Assembly: GCA_963710375.1 (NCBI GenBank) | Contig: CAVPZX010000004.1 | Span: forward strand, 128,001-192,000 | DNA length: 64,000 nucleotides | Direction of reading: 5' to 3' | From: Nitrospirota bacterium | GTDB taxonomy: Bacteria; Nitrospirota; Thermodesulfovibrionia; Thermodesulfovibrionales; Dissulfurispiraceae | Shown: positions 9,014 through 18,251 of the stretch, in pieces | Layout of the letters: each line of letters starts with the position of its first letter | Position numbering within the stretch: the stretch's first letter is position 1 | The notes under the pieces: model-generated | What the model was told of the DNA's origin: nothing | Seen by the model: only the letters and a program-made list of their open reading frames with translations | The model's database searches: none | Position numbers and translations under genes: made by a program

Positions 9014-11068
9014 ATGAAAAAATTTACAAAATTTTGTTTGGCTGCGTGGGTTACAGCCGCGCTGCTGCTGACACCTGTAATCCCGTCTGCATTTGCCGGG
9101 TCTCAAGCTGAGAACCCGATTGTCTCGGACCAGCCACGGGGCGACGCCGGACAGGACATCCTGAAATACCTCAGGCACCCGGCCACTAAACAAAGACTTT
9201 CACGGAAGCATCTCGTGAAATTGCTCCGGAAGCGGATCAAGTATGTATTCGTTATCTTCAATGAGAACCACTCATTCGACAACGAGTTCGGCACATTCCC
9301 CGGTGTCAACGGCCTTTACTCGGACGGCCGTAAACCGCGATCTGCCGAGAACACCCCGGGCTTCACCCAGACCTACACTGACCTCATAAGCGGCGAGACC
9401 ATCACGGTCCAGCCTTTCAGGATGGGACCTGAGCAGAACTCTACAGTTGTCGATAGCGTCAACCACTCTCACCCAGGGCTCGCAACCAAGCTTAACGTGG
9501 TGAACGGCGCGGCAAAGATGGATAAGTTTGCCTACGATGAGTATAACCGCTTCGCAAAAAACGGCGGGAGAGCCAACAACGCGAAGGGCATGCAATACGC
9601 ACGCCTTGTGATGTCGCACATCGACTGCGACACTATTCCATTTTTCTGGAAGTGGGCCAGCCATTTCACGATTTTCGACAATATCTTTGCGACCGAGGAC
9701 ACGCCCTCTACACCCAACGCGGTGGCTATGATTGCCGGGCAGTCAGGCGAAACGCAGTGGGTCAAGCACGGCCCGAACGGTCAGACCTACACTAACGTGA
9801 ACGGCCGCAATGGCGTCACGCAGGGACCGCCGCTCGTGAACGACCCGCAACCCTTCTATGGCTCCCAGTTCGACACGACCACTGTTGAGAAGCAGCCCGC
9901 AGGCCCAAGAGAGGACTACGCAGACAAAAATATAGCCTCGAACCTGACCTTTGCAAGTCTGCCGCTCACTTTTCAGGGCAACAATATCAAAACGGTTATG
10001 GAAAAGAACCTGAACCCTTCTTTCGACCTGCCGGACATCGGGAAAGACATCCCATTCATCCAGCGTCTAAGTCTCAATCCCGTCAACTGGCGCTGGTACC
10101 AGGAAGGCTATGACCTCGAGTCAACTGATTCCAACGGCATAGTTTCTCACAACTCCTATGTAAGCCATCATCAGGGTCCGCAGTATTTCGGCTACCTTGC
10201 CAACACGCCGCAGATTCGCCCGAACCTCCGAGGCATGACTGACTTCTTCAACGACATGGCAAACAACGCTCTGCCTAAAGGCGGCGTGTTTTACATCCGC
10301 GGCGGCTACACTAACCAGATGGGGCTGAAGCCGCCGATAACTAACCCCGATACTCCTGCGGATGAGGTTATTGCCATTGACAAGGCGAAAGCAGGCGACG
10401 ACGACCATCCCGCCTACACCGACCGGCAGATCAGCGAAGCGATGGCAGCCCGCGTGATCAACGCAATTGCTGCAGACCCGAAACTCTGGAATAAGAGCGC
10501 AGTCATCATAACGTACGATGAGTCAGATGGGTTTTATGACCACGTGCCGCCACGCATCCTTTCCTACGGGCCGGACGGGCTGCCCCTTGCCCGCGGAATC
10601 CGCGTGCCCCTGATTCTGATCTCACCATATGCGAGGACTCATGCCGTGTCGCATGCTGAAGGCGATCATAATGCGATAATCGAGACGATCAATTACATCT
10701 TCGGACTGCCCCCGCTCGCCAGCCTTCCCGATGAGGCGGAGGCGCTGAAAGAAGGCAACTCCCCGGCCTTCAACAAGTTCGGCCCGTCCGGATTCGAGCA
10801 GAAGTATCTCGGGCCTCGCGATATCAACTCACCAATCACCGACAGCCTGCTGTCGGGCTTCGATCCAATGCGCCTGATGGGCGTTTTACCGCCGCTGCCG
10901 GCATCTTTCGCTAGTATCCCGGACAGTGTAGTAAACTCGCTGCCTCACTACGGCGGGCACGGCTGCAAAGCGATGGGGATCGAGCCGGAGGATGTTAGGC
11001 AGGACATTGTGAACAAAATTCCATCCGGTTTTAACCCGTTGCCTAGTACTTACCCGGCTGCCAATTGA
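9014..11068 (+). CDS. Secreted phosphoesterase / phospholipase C (alkaline phosphatase superfamily)
   Basis: Signal peptide; IKYVFVIFNENHSFDNEFG, PSTPN, DDHP, ITYDESDGFYDHVPP, GIRVPLILISPYA. Confidence 0.88.
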   Translation: MKKFTKFCLAAWVTAALLLTPVIPSAFAGSQAENPIVSDQPRGDAGQDILKYLRHPATKQRLSRKHLVKLLRKRIKYVFVIFNENHSFDNEFGTFPGVNGLYSDGRKPRSAENTPGFTQTYTDLISGETITVQPFRMGPEQNSTVVDSVNHSHPGLATKLNVVNGAAKMDKFAYDEYNRFAKNGGRANNAKGMQYARLVMSHIDCDTIPFFWKWASHFTIFDNIFATEDTPSTPNAVAMIAGQSGETQWVKHGPNGQTYTNVNGRNGVTQGPPLVNDPQPFYGSQFDTTTVEKQPAGPREDYADKNIASNLTFASLPLTFQGNNIKTVMEKNLNPSFDLPDIGKDIPFIQRLSLNPVNWRWYQEGYDLESTDSNGIVSHNSYVSHHQGPQYFGYLANTPQIRPNLRGMTDFFNDMANNALPKGGVFYIRGGYTNQMGLKPPITNPDTPADEVIAIDKAKAGDDDHPAYTDRQISEAMAARVINAIAADPKLWNKSAVIITYDESDGFYDHVPPRILSYGPDGLPLARGIRVPLILISPYARTHAVSHAEGDHNAIIETINYIFGLPPLASLPDEAEALKEGNSPAFNKFGPSGFEQKYLGPRDINSPITDSLLSGFDPMRLMGVLPPLPASFASIPDSVVNSLPHYGGHGCKAMGIEPEDVRQDIVNKIPSGFNPLPSTYPAAN

Positions 11069-11080
11069 AGGGATAGCAAA

Positions 11081-11118
11081 GACGTGGATAGGGGTTGAAA
11101 TCGCGCCCCATCCACGTC
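11081..11118. terminator. Hairpin between convergent genes
   Basis: GACGTGGAT(A)GGGG...CCCCATCCACGTC inverted repeat. Confidence 0.55.
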
Positions 11119-11126
11119 CTGCATGT

Positions 11127-12254
11127 TCATTCTAAAACCACGTAGCTCTTCACCTTTTCGAGTCTTTTTCCCTTTATGCCCAGATCCTCGATCCGTGTTA
11201 TACTTCTTTCTCTGCGTGCCTTCAATATCCTGTTTACGGTGTCCGGTCCCAGTCCGGGCACTCTCAGTAATTCCTCTTTGCGAGATGTATTGACCCTTAC
11301 AGGATAATATTCGGGATGGTTTTCGGCCCAGACTTCTTTCGGGTCCTTATCCAGGCTCAAATTGCCGAGATTATTGAGCAGAATGTCCTGTCTGGAGAAT
11401 CCATACCTGCGCACAAGAAAATCAACCTGATACAAACGGTGTTCCCGGACAAAAGGCTTTCCCGGATTTGTCAGGAATTGCCTTTCACCAGGGATGTCCT
11501 GTTTACCCAGCCCCTTTTGATAGGCGGAGAAATAAACACGCTTGAAGTGCAGGCGATCATACAAACCGAACATATGTTCTATGATTTCCGAATCTGTCTC
11601 GTCAGAAGCGCCGACGATAAACTGGGTGGTACATTTGATTCTTGAGAACCTGCTGCCTGGAGCTGTAAGCTTACCCATCAGCTCCATCGGATGGACAATA
11701 TCTCTCATATAATCTTTTTTGTTGGAAAGCATATCAAAGTGTTTTTTGCCCGGCGTCTCGATGTTGAGAGATAACGCACTAGCCAGGGAAAGAGAATCCT
11801 CAATTGCGGCGTCCGAAGCGCCGGGTATAACTTTCAGGTGTATGTAACCCTTAAAATGATGTTTGTATCTGAGGATGCGCGCCACTGTATTGATCTTTTC
11901 CATAGTATAGTCCGGGTCCCTGACGACTGCAGAACTGAGAAAGAGGCCGAAGCACTTCCCTTTCCTCAGATATTCCAGAAAAATTTGGACGACCTCATCC
12001 GGATCGAGAGTGCATCGCCGGACATTCGTTTCAGACCGCAGTGGGCAGTATTTGCAGTCGTTTGTGCATACATTCGAGAGAAGGGTCTTCAGAAGCACGG
12101 AATATCCGCCCTGCGGCAGAGTAACAGGATAAAGCCACTTGCCGTCCAAGCCTCTTTTGCGCCGGTCTTCCTTATTGGTGCCGCACGCGCATGCCAGGTC
12201 ATATTGCGAATCTTCCGAGAGTATCTTAAGCTTTTCGATACGGTCCATGGGCAA
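11127..12254 (-). CDS. Putative DNA modification/repair radical SAM protein with C-terminal helix-hairpin-helix
   Basis: CTNDCKYC radical SAM motif; LKTLLSN, YIHLKVIPG, RVYFSAY, REHRLYQ, LLRVPGLG (HhH). Confidence 0.88.
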   Translation of the reverse strand: MPMDRIEKLKILSEDSQYDLACACGTNKEDRRKRGLDGKWLYPVTLPQGGYSVLLKTLLSNVCTNDCKYCPLRSETNVRRCTLDPDEVVQIFLEYLRKGKCFGLFLSSAVVRDPDYTMEKINTVARILRYKHHFKGYIHLKVIPGASDAAIEDSLSLASALSLNIETPGKKHFDMLSNKKDYMRDIVHPMELMGKLTAPGSRFSRIKCTTQFIVGASDETDSEIIEHMFGLYDRLHFKRVYFSAYQKGLGKQDIPGERQFLTNPGKPFVREHRLYQVDFLVRRYGFSRQDILLNNLGNLSLDKDPKEVWAENHPEYYPVRVNTSRKEELLRVPGLGPDTVNRILKARRERSITRIEDLGIKGKRLEKVKSYVVLE

Positions 12255-12273
12255 ATTACCTTCAATGATTATA

Positions 12274-14082
12274 TTACATGTCCAGCACTTCCCTTACTTT
12301 TCTCAGGAGCGTGTCAGGTGCAATCGGTTTGGGAATTAACTCTGTATCTGCTTGAAGCAGCCCTTTAATGATATTTTCAGTGTAGCCGCTCATGAATATT
12401 ACCTTTGTATAGGGGTTGAGACTCTTTATCTCATCATATACCTCCCTGCCATTTTTTAGCGGCATTATCACATCAAGGAGTATAAGGGACATCTTCTCCA
12501 TATTATCCTTGTACTGTTTTACCGCATCCTCTCCGTTTTCAGCCTCTATCACCATGTAACCGTATTCTTCAAGGCTTATCCTGAGGACTTCCCTTACCTG
12601 TGGTTCATCTTCGGCTATTAGTATAGTTTCGCCCTTACCCAACGCAATGGGCTGATTTGACTCCGCAGTCTCTTCCGCCTCCATGGATGTTAGCGGCAGA
12701 TATATTTTGAAGGTTGTGCCAAGCCCGGGCTCGCTGTAAACATTAATATAACCACCATGTCCTTTGACAATGCCGTAGACTACCGCCATCCCGAGTCCGG
12801 TACCTCGCCCCATATCCTTTGTGGTAAAAAAGGGCTCGAATATCCTCTGCCGGGTCGCTTTATCCATACCCTTGCCTGTGTCTGAAACGGTTATGAAGGC
12901 ATACATCCCCGGCTGACCGTATCCAAGTGCTGTCATCAATTCCCTATCAAGCCTGATTCGTTCGGTTGTCACACTGAAGACACCTCCGTCCGGCATTGCA
13001 TCCCTCGCATTTGTAACAAGGTTCATCATGACCTGCTCAAGCTGGTGTGCATCAGCCAGGACCGGTATCGCTCCGGGATGTAATATTGTTTTATATGAGA
13101 TGTCCTCCCCTATTATCTTTGTCAGGAACGTTTCCATCTTTTTAATGATCTCGTTCAGGTCCACGCGCTTTCTTTCGCTGATCTGTTTTCTGCTGAAAAG
13201 AAGCAGGTCATTTGTAAGGTGGGCTGCCCTTTCGGCGCCCTCAAGCATATGTTCGATATTTATCCGCTTGGGGTCGTCATTTAGCATGTTCTTTAGGGCA
13301 AGACTTCCGTAACCCATAATGGCTGTAAGGATATTGTTGAAATCATGGGCCACGCCGCCGGCAAGCTTTCCTACTGCCTCCATTTTCTGGGATTGGCGTA
13401 GCTGCTCTTCGAGCTTTCTTTTCTCAGAAAGGTCTTCTACAAGAGAGATCAAGTGCAACAGGTTTCCTTTGTCATCACGAACTACAGATACACTTACGGA
13501 GGCCCATACCTCATGGCCAAGCTTGTGAATATATCTCTTTTGGAAGTGCGCAACAGGTAATTTTCCCGATAATGCCTGGTTGATTAGATCCATATAGAAA
13601 TCAAGGTCATCCTGATGAGTAATGTCTTGGAATGTCTTGGTCATGAGTTCTTCTTCCGAATAGCCCAGGATGTTGCACAGGGCCTGATTAACGCGCAAAA
13701 AGCGGCCGTCCGGCGTATAAATTGTGAATCCTATTGCAGCATGTTCAAAGGTGTTTCTAAATCGTTCCTCGCTTTTCCGCAAGGCGTCTTCAGCTCTGTT
13801 CCGCTCAGCGATCATAAGACACATACGTTCCTCGTCCTCTCGCAATTGAGTGATCACTCGAATAAGGAGAGGCAGAATAATGAGAGAAACCAATAAGGCG
13901 GTGACAGTCCCGGTGATTATATAATCGCAAGTAACTTTCCCGTGAAAAAAAATACTCAACGGTGCAACAACAAACTCCGTTAGTATTATCGCAGATATAA
14001 CCGATAACAAAAGGAGTCGATGAGTTCTTATCGTTTTTAGTTTGTTAATTAAAATATTTATGTTGTTCGGGGAGAAATGCAT
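12274..14082 (-). CDS. Hybrid sensor histidine kinase (2 TM, PAS/PAC, HisKA, HATPase, REC)
   Basis: AGGVAHDFNN H-box, NLVTNARDAM, DTGKGM, FEPFFTTK, GTGLG; receiver LILLDVIMP. Confidence 0.93.
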   Translation of the reverse strand: MHFSPNNINILINKLKTIRTHRLLLLSVISAIILTEFVVAPLSIFFHGKVTCDYIITGTVTALLVSLIILPLLIRVITQLREDEERMCLMIAERNRAEDALRKSEERFRNTFEHAAIGFTIYTPDGRFLRVNQALCNILGYSEEELMTKTFQDITHQDDLDFYMDLINQALSGKLPVAHFQKRYIHKLGHEVWASVSVSVVRDDKGNLLHLISLVEDLSEKRKLEEQLRQSQKMEAVGKLAGGVAHDFNNILTAIMGYGSLALKNMLNDDPKRINIEHMLEGAERAAHLTNDLLLFSRKQISERKRVDLNEIIKKMETFLTKIIGEDISYKTILHPGAIPVLADAHQLEQVMMNLVTNARDAMPDGGVFSVTTERIRLDRELMTALGYGQPGMYAFITVSDTGKGMDKATRQRIFEPFFTTKDMGRGTGLGMAVVYGIVKGHGGYINVYSEPGLGTTFKIYLPLTSMEAEETAESNQPIALGKGETILIAEDEPQVREVLRISLEEYGYMVIEAENGEDAVKQYKDNMEKMSLILLDVIMPLKNGREVYDEIKSLNPYTKVIFMSGYTENIIKGLLQADTELIPKPIAPDTLLRKVREVLDM

Positions 14083-14244
14083 ACTTCCAGGTCCCTTTTT
14101 TTAATAATATTTTACAGTTTAACACAACGCGGACTTCACGTGTGCCGGACAGGGCTATCGCAGATGCCAATAGACTGGAATGCTTGTTGTTCATAAGTCC
14201 AGCTGCGCTTGCGCTATTATTCTTTGATGGCCTACAATATATTC

Positions 14245-15030
14245 ATGCCGATCGGGCTTATAGGTGGAAGCGGACTCTACGATATAGAGGGACTCGCAAT
14301 AAGAGAGGAAATATCACTCTCCACCCCTTACGGGGCCCCGTCATCCACATATAAACTAGGCGATTTCGACGGGACAGAATTGGTATTCCTGGCCCGCCAC
14401 GGCGTCCTGCACCTTATTCCTCCTCACAAGGTAAACTACCGCGCCAACATGTGGGGTTTCAAATCCCTGGGAGTGGAAAAAATAATATCTATCGGAGCGG
14501 TCGGTGGTATAAACAGCGGTATGCAGCCCGGCGCCATTGTGATCCTTGACCAGATCATTGATATGACAATGGGTGCGCGGGCAGCTACATTCTATGATGA
14601 GGAGAAGGTTGTGCATGTCGATTTTACGTATCCCTATTGCGCCGAGGTGAGGGAAATCTTTATACAGGCTGCGGGCCGTATCAGCCTTCCGGTCAAAAAA
14701 AGCGGAACGTATATCTGCGTCAATGGCCCGCGGCTCGAGACGGAAAAGGAAATACAGTTTTTTTCGTCCATAGGCGCTGACGTTGTGGGCATGACTGCGA
14801 TGCCCGAAGCTGCCCTGGCTCGGGAGCTTGAGATATGCTGTGCCGGGATTGCCGTTGTTACTAATTATGCCGCAGGCCTTGCAGGCGCCAGGCTGACGAC
14901 CACCGAGGTAGTGGAGGCGATGAGGAATTCTTTTGATGCGATAAGGGCGCTGCTGAAGGCAGCTGTCCCGCAGATGGCGGCGCACCGGTCTTGTGCGTGC
15001 AAAGATGCATTGAAGGATGCCGAGATATAG
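14245..15030 (+). CDS. mtnP: S-methyl-5'-thioadenosine/5'-methylthioinosine phosphorylase
   Basis: IGLIGGSG, FLARHG, PPHKVNYRAN, GPRLET, VGMT, VTNYAAG. Confidence 0.9.
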   Translation: MPIGLIGGSGLYDIEGLAIREEISLSTPYGAPSSTYKLGDFDGTELVFLARHGVLHLIPPHKVNYRANMWGFKSLGVEKIISIGAVGGINSGMQPGAIVILDQIIDMTMGARAATFYDEEKVVHVDFTYPYCAEVREIFIQAAGRISLPVKKSGTYICVNGPRLETEKEIQFFSSIGADVVGMTAMPEAALARELEICCAGIAVVTNYAAGLAGARLTTTEVVEAMRNSFDAIRALLKAAVPQMAAHRSCACKDALKDAEI

Positions 15031-15032
15031 AT

Positions 15033-15229
15033 TCTGCAATTCAGACACTGAATAAGTCTCTTACGCTCAGACGCTACGTCTTGACAGTTCTAACGGCTCG
15101 TCACGCTACAGGCGCAAAATTCAGCCCTTCGGACTTCAGTTTCACGCCTGCTATACGCTTACTCGCCGAGAACTGTTACCAAGACTCCGCGATTCGCTCC
15201 GGAGACTTATCCAGTGTCTGAATTGTAGA
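15033..15229. repeat. MITE-like palindromic element, family B
   Basis: 28-bp terminal IR with 2 mismatches (15033-15060/15202-15229) and nested internal stems. Confidence 0.7.
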
Positions 15230-15336
15230 CGACTCCTTGACAGTGCTTATATAATCTTATTATCATTAAGTACGTGCGTTATAGCTCAGAAATATCAATC
15301 CTGTAACGCTGCACTCTCAACGCTCATGGAGGATTC

Positions 15337-16089
15337 ATGTCAGGGCATTCCAAGTGGTCACAGATAAAACATAAAAAAGCTAATACCGATGCGAAGAGAG
15401 GCAAATCATTTACCAAGATCGTTAAAGAGATCTCGGTAGCTGCCAGGTCAGGAGGCGGCGACCCTGACGGGAATCCCCGTTTAAGGACCGCCATTGAAAA
15501 GGCCAAAGAAGTTAATATGCCTTCGGATAATATAAAAAAGGCCATAATGAAAGGCACTGGGGAATTGCCGGGCACGACTTATGAGGAAAACGTTTATGAA
15601 GGGTATGGACCTGGCGGTGCGGCACTTCTTATAGAAACCCTCTCGGACAACAAGAATAGGACGGTCTCTGAAATAAGGCATATCCTTTCAAAAAACGGGG
15701 GGAGTCTTGGCGAGGCTGGATGCGTTGCATGGATGTTTGAGAAAAAGGGATATATACTTGTCGAAAAATCCAAAGCGGATGAAGATACATTGATGTCGCT
15801 CGTTCTAGATGCCGGAGCCGAGGACATGGAAAACGACCCCAAGGAAGACAATTATGAGATCACGGTGTCAACTGAGAATCTCAATGCCTTAAAAGAGGCC
15901 CTTGTCAAGGGAGGCGTGCCGGTCCAAGTTGCGGAAATAACCATGCTCCCCAAGAGTTATGTCCCTCTTGAAGGCAGCACATCCGAGCAGATGGTCCGCT
16001 TGCTTGATGCCCTGGAAGATAATGATGATGTGCAAAATGTCTACAGCAATTTTGACATATCTGATGAAGCAGTCGGCAGCATAAAGTAA
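15337..16089 (+). CDS. yebC: YebC/PmpR family protein
   Basis: [36 protein letters not shown]. Confidence 0.96.
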   Translation: MSGHSKWSQIKHKKANTDAKRGKSFTKIVKEISVAARSGGGDPDGNPRLRTAIEKAKEVNMPSDNIKKAIMKGTGELPGTTYEENVYEGYGPGGAALLIETLSDNKNRTVSEIRHILSKNGGSLGEAGCVAWMFEKKGYILVEKSKADEDTLMSLVLDAGAEDMENDPKEDNYEITVSTENLNALKEALVKGGVPVQVAEITMLPKSYVPLEGSTSEQMVRLLDALEDNDDVQNVYSNFDISDEAVGSIK

Positions 16090-16104
16090 TGCATACTTAA
16101 AATT

Positions 16105-16767
16105 ATGGTCGAACCCATTCGAGTTACATTTAAAAGGAAGTTCCTGGCAGGTCTTATTGTCACCGTTCCTGTAGTTTTTACCGTCCTTGTCCTTGCCGGT
16201 CTTTTTAAGTTCGTCAACGGCATCCTGAGCCCACTTTTCGATTTTCTTCTGGGCATGCATATTGCCGGACTCGGCTTTATCACCGCTATAGGAATAGTGT
16301 TTCTCATCGGCATTATTTCCACAAATGTTTTCGGCAAGAAGCTCCTGGATCTCATGGAAAAGATTTTTTTGAACATTCCCGTTTTTAAAAGTATCTACAC
16401 AGCAATCAAGCAGCTGGTCGATGCATTTTCACCCGAAAATAACAGCGCATTCAAGCGATTCGTGATTGTCGAGTATCCGAGACCGGGTGTTTACGCCTTC
16501 GGCTTTATGACCAAGGAATGTGCGATACAGTCCGACGGCCGGAATCTTTGCTTGAAAGCCGTATACATTCCTACGAATAACCTTTACCTTGGTGACATCG
16601 TTCTTCTTGATGACCAGAGCATCATTTATACTGATATCCCGATAGAAGAGGGGATCAGGATTATTCTCTCAGGAGGCATTGCAGCGCCGTCATTAATAAC
16701 CGAATCACTGGATGCTTTGAAAAAGACCCCGGCTGATGACCTGGCTCATTCAGAGGGGGTACATTAA
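16105..16767 (+). CDS. DUF502 membrane protein
   Basis: FLAGL, IPVFKSIYTAIKQ, VEYPR, VYIPT, ILSGG pattern. Confidence 0.85.
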   Translation: MVEPIRVTFKRKFLAGLIVTVPVVFTVLVLAGLFKFVNGILSPLFDFLLGMHIAGLGFITAIGIVFLIGIISTNVFGKKLLDLMEKIFLNIPVFKSIYTAIKQLVDAFSPENNSAFKRFVIVEYPRPGVYAFGFMTKECAIQSDGRNLCLKAVYIPTNNLYLGDIVLLDDQSIIYTDIPIEEGIRIILSGGIAAPSLITESLDALKKTPADDLAHSEGVH

Positions 16768-16768
16768 G

Positions 16769-18148
16769 GTGGATCTGGCTGCGGTTGTCCTGTCGGCGGG
16801 CCTCGGCACACGCATGAAATCGGCTGTCCCCAAGGTCATCCATCCGCTCCTGGGAAAACCGATGGTGCAGTATGTAGTTGAAGCGCTTTCAGCACTGAAA
16901 CCAGGAAAGACCGTTGTTGTCACCGGCATGCGAGGTGACATGGTTCGTGATGCGTTGCGGAACTATCCTGTTTCCTTTGCTGTCCAGAAGGAACCTAAGG
17001 GCACCGCTGATGCCCTCAAATCGGCGGTCCAAAAACTGCGGGGTTTTAAAGGCACGTTGCTGGTGGTGAGCGGCGATACACCCCTTATTAAACCTGCAAC
17101 ACTAAAGGCATTTTTAAAACTCCACCGGAAAAACAGGGAGAACCTCTCTCTGATCTCTTTTATTGCAGGTGGCGCCCATTCCTATGGCAGGATCGTCAGA
17201 AAGGGCGATAAACTGAGCGCAATTGTAGAGGACAGCGATGCAGATGAGGAACAGAAAAAGATACGGGAAGTGAACAGCGGTATTTACGCAATTGAAGCTC
17301 CGCTGCTGAAGCTGCTGAATAAAATTCCGGTCAACGGGTCCAAAGGCGAATACTACCTTACTGATATTGTGGGCATGGCGGTTGGAACGGGATTCCGTGC
17401 CGGGGCTTTTCTTCTTGGGAATGAAAACGAATTAACCGGAATAAATACACGCGGGGACCTTTACAGGGCTGTGCAATATCTCAGAGATGAAATTGCAGCC
17501 GGATTCATGGAGCAGGGTGTCACGTTTATGGATAAGGCGTCTGTATTTGTACATCCCGAATCCGTTATAGGCAATGACACAGTTATTTATCCAAATGTGC
17601 ATATAGAGGGAAGGACAGCTATCGGCAACGGATGCATAGTGTATCCGAACTCCAGAATCATAAACAGCACAATCGGAAATAATGTAATCATCAAGGACTC
17701 TACGGTTATCGAATCTTCGGTAATTCATGAAGGCGCTTCAGTAGGACCGTTTGCTCATATCAGGCCGGGGTCGGTTATCGGTAAGCATGCCAGAATAGGA
17801 AACTTTGTCGAAGTTAAAAAATCTGTCATAGGCAGCGGCACAAAAGCATCGCATTTGAGTTACCTTGGTGATGCAGAGATCGGTGAGCGGGTGAATATAG
17901 GGGCCGGTACTATAACCTGCAATTATGACGGCAGGATAAAGTATAAGACCCTGATAGAAGACAACGCATTTATCGGAAGCGATACGCAGTTTGTTGCACC
18001 GGTCAGGATTGGGAAAGGCGCCTATGTGGGTGCCGGCTCTACCATTACCAAAGATGTCCCTCCCTTTGCCCTTGCTACCAGCAGAACAGCACAGGAGAAC
18101 ATTGAAAAATGGGCGCTCAAAAGGCAATCGAAACGGAGGAAAAGGTGA
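16769..18148 (+). CDS. glmU: Bifunctional UDP-GlcNAc pyrophosphorylase / GlcN-1-P acetyltransferase
   Basis: LSAGLGTRMKS, GEYYLTD, hexapeptide repeats, GNFVEVK, HLSYLGD, TITCNYDG. Confidence 0.97.
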   Translation: MDLAAVVLSAGLGTRMKSAVPKVIHPLLGKPMVQYVVEALSALKPGKTVVVTGMRGDMVRDALRNYPVSFAVQKEPKGTADALKSAVQKLRGFKGTLLVVSGDTPLIKPATLKAFLKLHRKNRENLSLISFIAGGAHSYGRIVRKGDKLSAIVEDSDADEEQKKIREVNSGIYAIEAPLLKLLNKIPVNGSKGEYYLTDIVGMAVGTGFRAGAFLLGNENELTGINTRGDLYRAVQYLRDEIAAGFMEQGVTFMDKASVFVHPESVIGNDTVIYPNVHIEGRTAIGNGCIVYPNSRIINSTIGNNVIIKDSTVIESSVIHEGASVGPFAHIRPGSVIGKHARIGNFVEVKKSVIGSGTKASHLSYLGDAEIGERVNIGAGTITCNYDGRIKYKTLIEDNAFIGSDTQFVAPVRIGKGAYVGAGSTITKDVPPFALATSRTAQENIEKWALKRQSKRRKR

Positions 18149-18240
18149 ACATCAGAATCGGTGAATCGGTGAATCGGCGAAACGGTGAAAGGGAGCCAAA
18201 GACTTCTCCCCCATTCTCCGATTCTCCGATTCTCCGTTTC
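18130..18240. repeat. Inverted pair of 8-bp tandem repeat tracts (GAATCGGT)n / (GATTCTCC)n
   Basis: Directly visible between glmU and glmS. Confidence 0.75.
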
Positions 18241-18251
18241 GGGGTTTTTAT

